From: Anthoceros angustus
Taxonomy: Eukaryota > Plantae > Anthocerotophyta
NCBI GenBank assembly: GCA_010909165.1
Contig: VJWM01000187.1
Span: 62,001-126,000 of the forward strand
DNA length: 64,000 nucleotides
Direction: 5' to 3'
Of this stretch, positions 45,748 through 58,300 are shown in pieces (position 1 is the stretch's first letter; each line of letters starts with the position of its first letter). The notes under the pieces were generated by a model, which made no database searches, was not told the DNA's origin, and worked only from the letters and a program-made list of their open reading frames with translations. The position numbers and the translations under genes are program-made.

Positions 45748-48700
45748 TCACGGCCGACCCTTACAACTACAACCACCACTTGCGAATCGATGCACACGGT
45801 ACCCATCCCTTACAACAATGTCTCTCTGCTCAAGCCTTGACATGATCTCCGTGGAACTATGGCAGTCACTGCACATGCGTAGATTCTTCGTTACCACCAG
45901 AGGTGTCCCACCCGGAGTGTTCAACAGACCAAACGCCAGCGCCAGCTTCTCAGCATGCCCACAAAGCGCATCTTCCTTTTCCTTCTCACCCAGTGGCTTC
46001 AACACCAACTTTGTCTGAGGTACGTGGCCTCCTTCCTGCTTTAGACGAGCATTTGTGCTCTCCACCTTAAGCACAATATCCTCTCTCCGTTCTCCAACCA
46101 AGAATCTATGTACCTGCTTATTCACCTCAATGGTTGCCACGGCAGGTTTCTTGTTAGCTCCTGCTAACATTCTCTGTGCTTCGATCCTATCTGCATCTCT
46201 CCACCTACCCGCATCTGCAAAGGCATTGGCCATGAGCACATGTGCAGACGTGTTTAGAGGGTCCAGCCTAACAATGCTTTCAAAACACCACATCGCCCTC
46301 TCTATATCCCCGTGACTTTTGCAAGCATTCAACAAAGCCGTCAAGCCCACAACATTACTTTGGCCCCCGCATGATAATAGCATCTTCTCAGCCTCATCTA
46401 AATGGCCCGCACGCCCAAGAAGATCAACCATGCAGGTGTAATGCTCAATAGTAGGTTTGATGCCATGCTGTTCAGCCATGGAATCAAAGTGCTTGCGACC
46501 CTCATGGACCAGTCCCCCATGACTGCATGCTACTAGAAGGCAAGTAAAAGTAGCATCATCAGGCTCAATCCCGGCAACTAACATCTCCTCAAAACAAGCT
46601 AGTGCCTTGTGACCTTCATCACAAGTACCATACCCAGATATCAGGGCATTCCATGTCACCACATCCTTTGTGGCCATGCTGTCAAAAACCTGGCGTGCAT
46701 CTTCCAGTTCACCACATTTTGCATACATGTCCACCAGGCAGTTGCCCACATCCAGCAGTCCTCTTTCACAATCTGTGAGTGCAGCTGCCTGCCCTTCTGT
46801 AAGGCACCAGTGCTTGCACAGGCCTTCAGAAGGCAAGCAAAAGTAACATGGTCAGCCAAAATGAGGCCCTCCTCCTCCATTTGTCCATACACAAGCGCCT
46901 CTTGGCGAGTCCTTGCTGTGCATACCCAGCAATCAGGGCATTCCATGTCACCACATCCTTTGTGTCAAAAACCTGGCGTGCATCTTCCAGTTCACCACAT
47001 TTTGCATACATGTCCACCAGGCAGGTGCCCACCACTATGTCATCCAGCAGTCCTCTTTCAACAATCTGAGTGCAGCTGCCTGCCCTTCTGTAAGGCACCA
47101 GTGCTTGCACAGGCCTTCAGAAGGCAAGCAAAAGTAACATGGTCAGCCAAAATGAGGCCCTCCTCCTCCATTTGTCCATACAAAGCAAGAGCCTCTTGGC
47201 CGAGTCCTTGCTGTGCAAACCCAGCTATCAGGGCATTCCATGTCACCACATCCTTTGTGGCCAAGCTGTCAAAAACCTGGCGTGCATCTTCCAGTTCACC
47301 ACATTTTGCATACATGTCCACCAGGCAGGTGCCCACCACTACGTTATCCAGCAGTCCTCTTTCCACAATCTGTGAGTGCAGCTGCCTGCCCTTCTGTAAG
47401 GCACCAGTGCTTGCACAGGCCTTCAGAAGGCAAGCAAAAGTAACATGGTCAGCCAAAATCAGGCCCTCCTCCATTTGTCCATACACAAGCGCCTCTTGGC
47501 GAGTCCTTGCTGTGCATACCCAGCAATCAGGGCATTCCATGTCACCACATCCTTTGTGGCCATGCTGTCAAAAACCTGGCGTGCATCTTCCAGTTCACCA
47601 CATTTTGCATACATGTCCACCAGGCAGTGCCCAACACTACTTTATCCAGCAGTCCCACAATCTGAGTGCAGCTGCCTGCCCTTCTGTAAGGCACCAGTGC
47701 TTGCACAGGCCTTCAGAAGGCAAGCAAAAGTAACATGGTCAGCCAAAATGAGGCCTGCTCCATTTGTCCATACACAACAAGCGCCTCTTGGCGAGTCCTT
47801 GCTGTGCATACCCAGCTATCAGGGCATTCCATGTCACCACATCCTTTGTGCTGTCAAAAACCTGGCGTGCATCTTCCAGTTCACCATTTTGCATACATGT
47901 CCACCAGGCAGGTGCCCACCACTATGTCATCCAGCAGTCCTCTTTCAACAATCTGAGTGCAGCTGCCTGCCCTTCTGTAAGGCACCAGTGCTTGCACAGG
48001 CCTTCAGAAGGCAAGCAAAAGTAACATGGTCAGCCAAAATGAGGCCCTCCTGCTCCATTTGTCCATACAAACAAGCGCCTCTGTCCGAGTCCTTTGTGCA
48101 TACCCAAATCAGCTCCATGTCACCACATCCTTTGGCCAAGCTGTCAAAAACCTGGCGTGCATCTTCCAGTTCACCACATTTTGCATACATGTCCACCAGG
48201 CAGGTGCCCACCACTTTATCCAGCAGTCCTTTCCACAATCTGCAGCTGCCTGCCCTTCTGTAAGGCACCAGTGCTTGCACAGGCCTTCAGAAGGCAAGCA
48301 AAAGTAACATGGTCAGCCAAAATAAGGCCCGCCTCCATTTGTCCATACACATTTGAGTCCTTGCATACCCAGCATCAGAGCATTCCATGTCACCACATCT
48401 TGTGCTGTCCCTGGCGTGCATCTTCCAGTTCACCACAGCATACCCAGATATCAGGGCATTCCATGTCACCACATCCTTTTGGCATGCTGTCAAAAACCTG
48501 GCGTGCATCTTCCAGTTCACCACATTTTGCATACATGTCCACCAGGCAGGTGCCCACACTACGTCATCCAGCAGTCCTCTTTTGACCATCTGTGAGTGCA
48601 GCTCCCTGCCCTTCTGTAAGGCATGCGCACCAGTGCTTGCACAGGCCTTCAGAAGGCAAGCAAAAGTAACATGGTCAGCCAAAAGCAGCCCTCCTGCTCC

Positions 48701-49856
48701 ATTTGTCCATACACAACAAGCGCCTCTTGGCCGAGCCCTTGCTTGCATACCCAGCAATCAGGGCATTCCATGTCACCACATCCTTTGTGGCCATGCTGTC
48801 AAAAACCTGGCGTGCATCTTTCAGTTCGCCACATTTTGCGTACATGTCCACTAGGGAGTTGCCAACAAACAAGTTAGCAGCAATGCCACTGTTCAACACA
48901 TGACAGTGCACTTCTCTGCCAGATTCCAAGTCAGCGGCGAATGCGCAAGCTTGAAGGGCAGCTACAAAGACATGAGCATCCGCCTTCACTCCTGACCTAC
49001 GCATCTCATAGTACAGTTGTATGGCCTTCTTAGGTTTCCCATGCTTAGCGTACGCGGAGATTATGGAAAACCACATGAAGGCATCTGGTTTGCCCACCCT
49101 GCTGAGCACATGCATGGCCTCCTCTAGCCTACCTCCACATGCATACATGCGCAAGATATGGTTCCCCAAGTACGCATCCGACTCGTACCCAAGTTTGACA
49201 CTGAGATCATGAACTCGTCGCCCCAAAATCAAATCCTTCTTAGCTGTACACAGTTTCAGCACAGTATAAAACAGAGCCGGAGAAATAGCAGAGCCTATCT
49301 GCGCCAGAGATTCCAGCGCTCCAACGGCCTCGGAAAGCTTCCCATGCTGACATAACGTGCTCACGGTTACAGCCGTTACGACGCCCATTTCCGGACCTGC
49401 ACGCCTGTCAAGTCCAGGCTTATTAGGAGAGCTGGATTCCGCAGGAGAGGCACCAATACCCATCTCCATATCCAAGGAAATGAGCCGCTCATCAACCCAA
49501 GCTGGCTTGAACATGTTGTTTAACCACAGCACCTCGCCGGACCCCTTACGCCGGAAGTCAGGCGAACGGGAGCTCTTCTTATCTCGTCTGTTGTCCCACC
49601 ACATGGTAGGGTCCAGGAAAAATTGTTTCCACAAGTGCTCCTGCTCCTGGCAACTACCATCGCTGGAAAACCTGTCCCAACCCACACATGTTTTCGGAGG
49701 TGGAAGTGCTGGGCTCCTTACACTGCTGCACCTGGAGGCTTTGTTTGCCAGGGGTAGACTCCCTAAGATGAGGTGGGCCGGAGCTCCTGGTAGAATCCCT
49801 GTATACACACCAATTTGTTGGATCCACAGCGGGTCCGGTTGCCATACTGTGGCCAT
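45748..49856 (-). CDS. PLS-PPR-DYW:KP (GRP) protein with N-terminal PDF motif; putative U-to-C editing factor; indels in the repeat array may be assembly errors
   Basis: Clean 5' ORF (48675-49856) and clean 3' ORF (45748-46836) ending [36 protein letters not shown]. Seven near-identical ~300-bp triplets with scattered 1-3-nt indels lie between them. Confidence 0.8.
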
Positions 49857-50396
49857 CCTTCAGGAACCGCTGTCGGACGATCAGTCTAACGACGTCCCAT
49901 GGCGGAACGCCCAGGGACTGTGCTTGACCAGACCACACTGAAGCCTCGAGGCTGTAGACGGCTTTCTATTTAGTACCCAGGTGTTGTTTCATTTAAACTA
50001 ACTACCCCATCTCTAGTGATCGATATCCTTCACATCAGTTATTCTGTCGCCGTGGCCCGTTGGCTGTTCCGTTAACTTGACCCGTTAAGGCGTTCCGTTT
50101 CCGTGCACCGAAATGGTGTTCCGTTTACAATGGCCCGTTACAGTGTTACAGCAAGAATGGCATGTTAAATAAGTAAACGCAAATTCATATGACTCCACGA
50201 TGCATAGACAGGTTAGCACTTTGCATGGGCATCATTCACTATCTCTCCTTGGGAATAGTGAAAAATCTCTCAGGTCTTTTGCTTCGTCATAGGCAGCAAG
50301 CAAATACACGCAGTCATAGGGTGCTCCTGGTCACACAACTTTGGACTAAAATGTCTTGTGTCCTGGCAAGCTTGTTGTGTGAGTTGATCCCACCGG

Positions 50397-50540
50397 GCTC
50401 CACGATGTGAGACGAGGGCTAGGAAGTGCACAACATCGGCAGTCACGATGGCAAGGCACACACATAGAGCTCCACGATGTGAGACGAGGGCTAGGAAGTG
50501 CACAGCATCGGCAGTCACGATGGCAAGGCACACACATAGT
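50397..50540. repeat. 72-bp tandem duplication
   Basis: gctccacgatgtgagacgagggctaggaagtgcac... at 50397 and 50469. Confidence 0.9.
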
Positions 50541-52337
50541 GATCAGCTGCTAGTTGGTGGGCATGGGACATGGCGTACCAAAGACAACAATGACTTCGTT
50601 AGTTTATAGGAGAGTTGTGAGACGAGGAGCACCCTATGATTGCATGCAGGATGCAATGCAGAGTTTGTCCCTTGCACCTAAAAAGGCACGCCTACAGTAC
50701 CGGCCATGCCCAACTGACAAGGTACTCCAAAGTGGCATCTGTTTGCCCCTCACACACCACAATGACATAGCCAGCCAGCTAATACTCAATGAACATCAAA
50801 ACAAAATGTGTATTTGGAGCCATGCTCTTGTACGGGCCTTTTTCTCATTTCATATCGATTTCATTCTTGTAGCTCAAGTTCACAAATTCCCTAGATGCCA
50901 CCTTCAGAATACTAGGAGTCACTTTTGTTGAGAGCCTTTCAATCTCTATCGTCTTATATACAGGCAGCATGACACATTCCGCAATGCTGGCCTCCTATGC
51001 TAAGCTTAAAGCACTTCTCTAACGTGATTATGTGCTTCTACTTAACAGGCCAAGTGTTGCTGTTGACCAAACTTCAGAGTTTGCCAATGGTTACATGCTC
51101 ACCAAACTTCAGAGTTTGCCAATGGTTACATCTACAGCAAGTTCAAGTATGACTAACTCTAGACACAATCCATCCGAAATGCTCGATATGGTCATGCAGA
51201 GTACCTAGGCATCCATTCATAGTCTGTTGTCAAACTCACCTTGCGACAGCGGTCCCTGAACCATGGTCACAATAGGGCAACCAGACCACAATAAAAAGGC
51301 ACCGGCCAATACGATTTTCAAGACGGCAAATGAACGTGAGAAATGCTGCATCATGGAGCCCAGTGGTAGGTAGACCCTTTTATTTACCCAACTACAATAG
51401 GTTAAGAGCAGTTAGTAATTTCTAAATAGACTATCACAGGGGCTAGTCCCCAAGGCTGGGGTTGTTTCCCAACGCCTTCATATAGACGAGAGATCCATCT
51501 ATGAAGTTCTATAAAGTCTTTACAATACATCTTTAGTTCATATTTATAAACCTATTTGATTTTTATAAATATATCTTATATATAAAAATGCATGGCACAG
51601 GCGCGTTGGAAAGTAGAAGCTACTTGACACGGGCGAATTTGCACCGGCAAATTCACACCAGCCTTTTTTTTCCTCTTCGATAGACGAATTGTCACTAAAA
51701 ATCCACATTATTATCCGTAAAATTCAGAATGAGAAATTGAAATTCCTCTTTCCGGATACCATGACAAGGGCAGTTGGCCGTTGGGATAGCAATCGGTGCT
51801 TCGTTGAAACATTTTAGGTTTTTGAAACGCGGAGACATTATCGCGATATTACAATTTCCAAGGTGTGGGTTCGTCACGTCCCTTGCGAGGCGACCATACC
51901 ATAGGGTAGGTCATGTCTGCCTTTTCTTTTTTTGGCGACAATCGGCATGGGAATATGGTTTGATTTCAAGACTTGATATTTGGTGAGATCGTCCGTTAGG
52001 TCAGTGCATGTTGTACATTGTACAAGACGCGCAAATGTTTGTTTCCATGCTGACAGAGATGTGACGTCCTACAAAAATGCTCGGATTTGATGCCAAGTTG
52101 CCCGGCATTTTGAGCACCTAGCTGAGTTCTTGTCAGTGTAGTATATGCGGGATCCTTGGTGGATGCTCGTACAGCGGATGACTTTTCATGCGGAGCAGAA
52201 GGTCTGCATCCAGCGACATCGGTACATGTGTACAGTTATGATCTGTTTCTCTCAGTTGTTGACAATATTTTCTTGATTTTGCTGGGCAGATTAGTGTAGG
52301 CAGGAAGGTTGTAAAGTAGAGTTCCAAGAGGGAGGAC

Positions 52338-55300
52338 ATGGGAGGAGGGGAGGACTTGTGTCTTGTGGAAGAATTTTCCCGGTGGCCTGGTGCACAAGAC
52401 TGCGGAGCTGTAGAGTTAGTTGAGAACGAGGAGAAGGGCGATGTATGGACAATATTGTCGTCTCCGTCGGCACAGACGGAAGGCACAACGCTGGCTGTTT
52501 CAGTCTCTGGAGATATCATAGAGGTGGAATGTATTTCGACGCCCTTGGAGTGCGCCTCTCCGTCTTTACAGATGGAAGACACAACGTTCGCTGTTTCAGT
52601 CTCTGGAGACATCTTAGAGGTGGAATGTGTTTCGACGCCCTTGGAGTGTGCGTCAAAGGCAGACTTGGACCATGACACCGCCTCACTTGGCATTAACTTA
52701 CTTGAACCTGGATCTGACGTGGCCTATGATACAAATGTGGTTTTACCCTCTGAATCAGTTCGTACTCAGGCTGAGATGCAGACGCGGGTGTGTGTTCACA
52801 GGGAAGAGGAAATACTAATTGGCGGTTCACAAGATGGGCACGTGACAAGCTCTGACCCCGAGCTTGTGCCTGAAAAGCTAGAGCATGCCTGTGTTAGTGG
52901 TGTTGAAACAAGACTGTACAATCTGATGCAGATCAAGGCTGATAGGGTAGATACAAGCTTGGTGGAGAAAATGCTTGTTTCTCCAGACCAGATCGTTGAA
53001 TTATGCAACGGTATCTTGGAAAAGTCGGCATCTTCTCAGGATGCAACAATCAACCTGGACTTTGACTCCCTCAACGGAGCTGCCCTGCATGTGGTTGGCC
53101 TCTATGGGAGCAAGGTGGTGCTCACTGGTATGCTTGAGAAACTCAAGCTTCTTGATGAAACCCTTGCAAGGTTGATGACCTCTGACGGGCTGGAGACAGG
53201 CCTATACGGAATTCATCACGGCAGTACGTTCTACGTATTTTATTGGCACCATGGGCAATGCCTCCAACCAGCCTCTAAGCAGTGTTGCAATTTCATCAGA
53301 TATGTGGCTGACCTGTGTGAGACGGTTTATGTCTGCCTCGACGCCACGGCACTGGATGCCTCCCACTTATCTGTTGCCGGGGGCATGAAACTGAAGAAAA
53401 AGCAGAGAACTCAAAGGTTGCAGGTGGCTATAGTCAAAGATTCAGAGAACGCGTTGAGTCTGCACCCAGGGTTTGATGTTCACCCAAAGCTTCCAGGTTA
53501 TGCCCAAGACAGGACTCCTGTGATGCTGAAGCTCTGTGAAGGGAGGCAGCGTGCTGCATTGCTGTACCCAGTCTTTCATCAATCGCAACAGATCCAGCGT
53601 TCTGTCTCCACAACTGTTAAAACAGAGAAGCTGCGTGAGGCTGTGAGGGACTGGTTGACCAATAACAACGTCGATATAAGCCGACTTTCAAAGCAGGAGT
53701 TGTCATTGTTTCTTCAGCATGCTGGTCTGCAGGAAAGTATAGATTACTGCAAGCTGCTCAAGGAAGCCAGTTGTAGAAGAACTGCTGACCAGCACCTGGC
53801 TGGTGAGGTGGGCACACTAGTACAGGAACAACAGCGACTGATCGGGGACATTCTTGTGAGCTGTTTGGAAGCATATCGGGTAATTCACTATCTTGATGAA
53901 GAAAAAGCACTAAGGCAAAGCTCACTACAAAAAAGGGAAGAATATGCCGATGACGACGTTTCTTCTCCCCCAGGACTCCATCCTTGGGGAGAAAGCACTG
54001 CTTCAGATCTTCTCGACCACGCAGGTGCCCAGCTTTTCGACGCTTGGGCAGGAAGTGAGAAGCAGCCTGATGCAACGGACTTACCCTCGGCTGTGGTCTT
54101 TGTGGGCTCTCAAGTGATTGTTGAGTCTGTAGATATTAGTCTCCCTCTCCTATGGGCAGAGGGTAACCTGTTTGTTGTGGAAGCTGCTGAGGGAAGCCGT
54201 GCAGGTCCTATTCTCCTAAAGCAGGACTTCGTGTTGACTAATACAGGTGAGAACATCAGCCACAGAGTAGTTGTAGAGGCCCCTGAAAGAGATTGCCCAG
54301 AAGGTCCTGTACCTACATCTCGGTCTCTGCGGTGCAAGGTAAGAGGAGGTGAGGACAATTCCTGCCATCTCATACAGCTCAAGGTGGTGGGGCATTCAGG
54401 GATCGTGAAATGGATTAAGGCATCCATCAACATTGATGTGTCCAACCTCTTGGAGAGATCAAAGAAGCTAGCCTACTTGACGTTGGGTGCTGACGACGTT
54501 CCTCGTGCCGTATCCGAAGCCTTGGTTCGAGAAGCTCGGGAAATCATGGATTCTGCTGATGCGCTGAACCTCTTCAGTCGACATTTCTCAGATGAGAGAC
54601 TCAGTGATCTGCTAGAAAACACCGCCTTTGAGTCCCAAGCGCAGTACGCCCTCGTCGCCGTGGAAGCTCGAGAAGCCGTCAGAGCTGCATACACGCGAGC
54701 CTGGTTCGATACTAATCTCAGGATTACGAGGGCAGCGAAGAGATGCATTCAGCCATCTCTGCGGGCCAGAATGCAATTTCAGAAGCAGCAAGCCACCTCC
54801 TCTTTGCTGAAGTCGCTGGATGAAGAGGAGTCAAAGTTCTTAGACTCAGTTGACAAATTGAAGCTGTGCTCACAGGCAGGAAGGCCAAGCCTCACCATAA
54901 CAACCTGTTCGCCAGCCAGGAAGACTGATACCGTCAAGTATGCCCAGAAGAGAGGCCTTGTGACCTTGGCTTTGGAATACACCTGTGAGGTCACTCAGCC
55001 CGAGCGAATAACATGGAATGTGATTGAACTCACCCCAATGAAGAAAGATCTTGACAAACTGACTGTTAAAGAGGACGTTATTGTGCCCAAGTGTTCTCCA
55101 CCTACCAAGTTGATCAACGTGGATGCAAGCTCTGAGACAGTCCTGCTTGTAGTGCTTATCAAAACAGGTGAAGTCCTGGTGGTGGTCAAAGATACAAATG
55201 ATTCAACTGTGAGCGTCTATGTGACCAGGAAGATGGGTTCTGAGATGACACCTGCCAACCTGGTCAAATTGTTCAGAAGAGGCTGTGACCTGGTAGCTTA

Positions 55301-58300
55301 CGATGAATGCCTGGAATATTTGGCTCTGTATGACAAGACTTCGAGTAAGATCAGCATCTTCAGATTCTGTGACTCCTTTCGGAAGCTGCACTGGGTGGAC
55401 CATGATTTGCTGCTGTCTGAGTACACCGGAAGCAGGAATCTCACTGCTTTGATGTTCATTCCGGACAAGAGGGCCCTTATTCTCATAGATGATGCACTAA
55501 AAGTACGAGTCTTGGAGTTCGAAGGTGCTACCGTGATCAGACCCAGAGCCATTTGCCTTCCAGGTCCATTTGCACTTGCCAAGGTCTCGATGGATGGATC
55601 GTGCCTTCTCGTCTTCCACGGACCTGGTAGTCAGGATGGTGACGCTGCGGAACCTGACGAGGTTTCTAGTTTGGATGTGTACTTTCTGGACGACAGTATG
55701 GCGAGTCTGAAGAGCATCCAACTTGAGCACTCTATGCTGGGCACTGCCAGAATAGATGCCGCTCTTGTAGCATTTGGTGCTCAGCTACATCTTATTTTGC
55801 TTGATACGTCAGATCCAGCCAGAGGACTGCAGTCGCACATTATGAAGATCAGTCTGGCAGCTGAAGTTCGTCGGTTGCAGAAAGTGGGAAAGTTGCGATC
55901 AACAGAGCCGGAAATAACTGATGCGATTCATGCAACCTGCCCAGAGCTTGACTATGTATACCAGATATTTGACAAGTACTCAACCAGCCCTCCACTTGTG
56001 GGAAAGGTGAGAGACTTCCACCTGCATGTGGTCCTGGGAGGTAAAGGACCTGAATCCGAGACAGATGGGCTTCGAAAAAAGTGTGAGCTGTATGTGACAT
56101 CCTTGATGAACAGGCTCGAGACTGAGGAGGGCAAGAACTTTTCCAAGCTGAAATTTTCTGTGGCTTCGGGTACACGAGCCCACTATGTTGTTGGAAATGA
56201 GCTTAAGGACAGCTTGGAACCTAGGAACCTCATGGTCATGGGAGACTGGATACGGCTGCTGATTTGTTTGGTGCCCATCCAAATAGCAAGGGCAGAAAAC
56301 AACACACTCACTCCCTTGATTGACGGCCTGCAAATGTCGTCAAATCATGACTACGTTGATGCTGTGTCCCTATCCAACGGCCTCCGTTTTGGCTTATATG
56401 ATTCTGTCCTAGAAAACTGGAGACAGCCTGTGAAGGTCATATCATCCATGGGCAAGCAAAGTAGCGGCAAATCTTACCTGCTGAATCACCTCAGTGGGTC
56501 GATACTGGATGTCGCTGGAGGACGTTGCACCGATGGCATATGGATGACTATGCGGCCCTCTCCAGGCTGCCTGTACGTCCTGCTGGATTTTGAAGGATTA
56601 GGCAGCTTTGAAAGGAGTGACCAAGAGGATGTGTTACTGTCTGTCCTGAATGCTGCGGTCAGCAACATCACCATCTTCAATAAAAAGGTAACAGGCCCTG
56701 AAGCTCTGCGTTCTCGACTGATTGCATACTTCTTCACTCTGTGGACTGAAAACATTTTCACGTTCTGCAGGATTTCAATCTCGACAAAGATACGGAGGCG
56801 GTGTTTCAGCGCTTCCAGAAGGCAGTCAGCCTTGTGAAGGAGGATACCCGATTTTTCAAAGGGGTATTTTACATTGCCATCAAGGATGTGGTGTCGTCAG
56901 ATGTAGATGAGCTGAAAGACGAGTTCATCAAAAAAATAGACCTCCTACAAGGAAAGGCTGAGGAAAGCTTTCTTACAAAGATGTATGGGAGCGGCCTCGT
57001 AGTTGCTGCAATGTCCCCAATTCAGAGAAGTGAGTACCACGAAAACGTGGAGGAAATTGCAGAGGAGGTGGAAGACCTGCAAACAGGTTTTCCTAGCGGC
57101 AGACAGTTTGCCGCGGACTTGAAGCTCATCACAGCTCAAATCAGCACCAGGGACTGGTCTCCTACTGACACCAAACGAGAAGCCCTGAAACTGGATCTTC
57201 TGAGAAAACACCTCAGCACAGCCATCAACCTGGGAACTCTTTTGAAGGACACTCCTCTGACCAACCTCGACACAGACGAGGTGGTGTTGGACTTGCCCGT
57301 CAACATCGATGGCCACATATTCGACATCCCTGATGCAGGCCTGGAGCTCTTCACAGATTCTGACCAGCAAGCGCTTGGCAGCACAATCGACACTCTGAGA
57401 CCAAAATTCGAGACGGTTTGGGAGAGATCTGGGGAGAAGGACGAAGCCTGGCACAAAAGCTTCAACAATTTTCTATTAACACTGGCAAACAGACGCCGCA
57501 GTAGAGTTCTCGACTGGCTGGTTTGCAACACTGCAGAATTTGCACTGGACAGCGATGTTCAGACCCTGCGTTTGGAAGCCGCCTCCACGCTGGCTGGGCT
57601 CAAGCAAGCCCTGACTCTCTGCAGCTGCAAATGCAAGGACTGCCTCCTCTACTGTGTTCTGGGAAAGGCGCATCCCGGTGGGCATAGCTGTATGGGAAGC
57701 CATATATGTGCCAAGTCCTGTACATACTGCGTCCAGGAGGGAGGCGAGGAGCAGAAGCCATGCACGCACCCAAGCGGGCACGAAGGCGCCCATGACTGCA
57801 AAATCAGGACCCATTGCTGCGGGAAGGAATGCAGGTTCAAAGGGCAGTCTCAGAACTGCGCCCACGCTTGTGCCTTCAAGCCATACCATGTTGGAGAGCA
57901 CAGATGTAACACCAGCCACCACCTGTGTGGAGAGAAATGTTCTTTGCCATCTTGTGTGAATCTCTGCGATATTGCCCTGGACTCCGACCATGATCAGCAT
58001 AAATGCCGCGAGAAGATGTGCCCCATCACCTGCTCCATGGAGGGGTGTAAGAGAACATGCGGATCATCCGATCACTTCCACGCCCTGGAATCTGACAAAC
58101 ATCTCTGTGACCAAGAGCACGTATGTAACGCGCCGTGTGCAGCAAGAGGATGGTGTGATATACATACCGAAGTGATCCATAACCAAACCTTCAATGGCAA
58201 GAGGAGTTGTTTTGTGATTGAGCAAGTGTCGGAGCAGCATGGTGTGAGGAAGACTTGCTGCTTCCCAATTCCGGCAGGGGAGGAGCAGCATGAAGGGCCG

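Noticed and set aside
46609-48585. Long plus-strand ORFs over the PPR array (also 11428-12288, 16902-17489, 28360-29088 and 32354-33544)
   Set aside because: Antisense shadows of repetitive or GC-rich coding sequence; no independent motifs.
50554-50931. 125-aa ORF
   Set aside because: No recognisable motif or splice context; it lies among short duplications.
56688-56837. C-terminus of the 1499-aa ORF as a separate protein end
   Set aside because: A GT-AG intron (56688-56770) joins the two long ORFs in frame within the G domain, so they are one gene.
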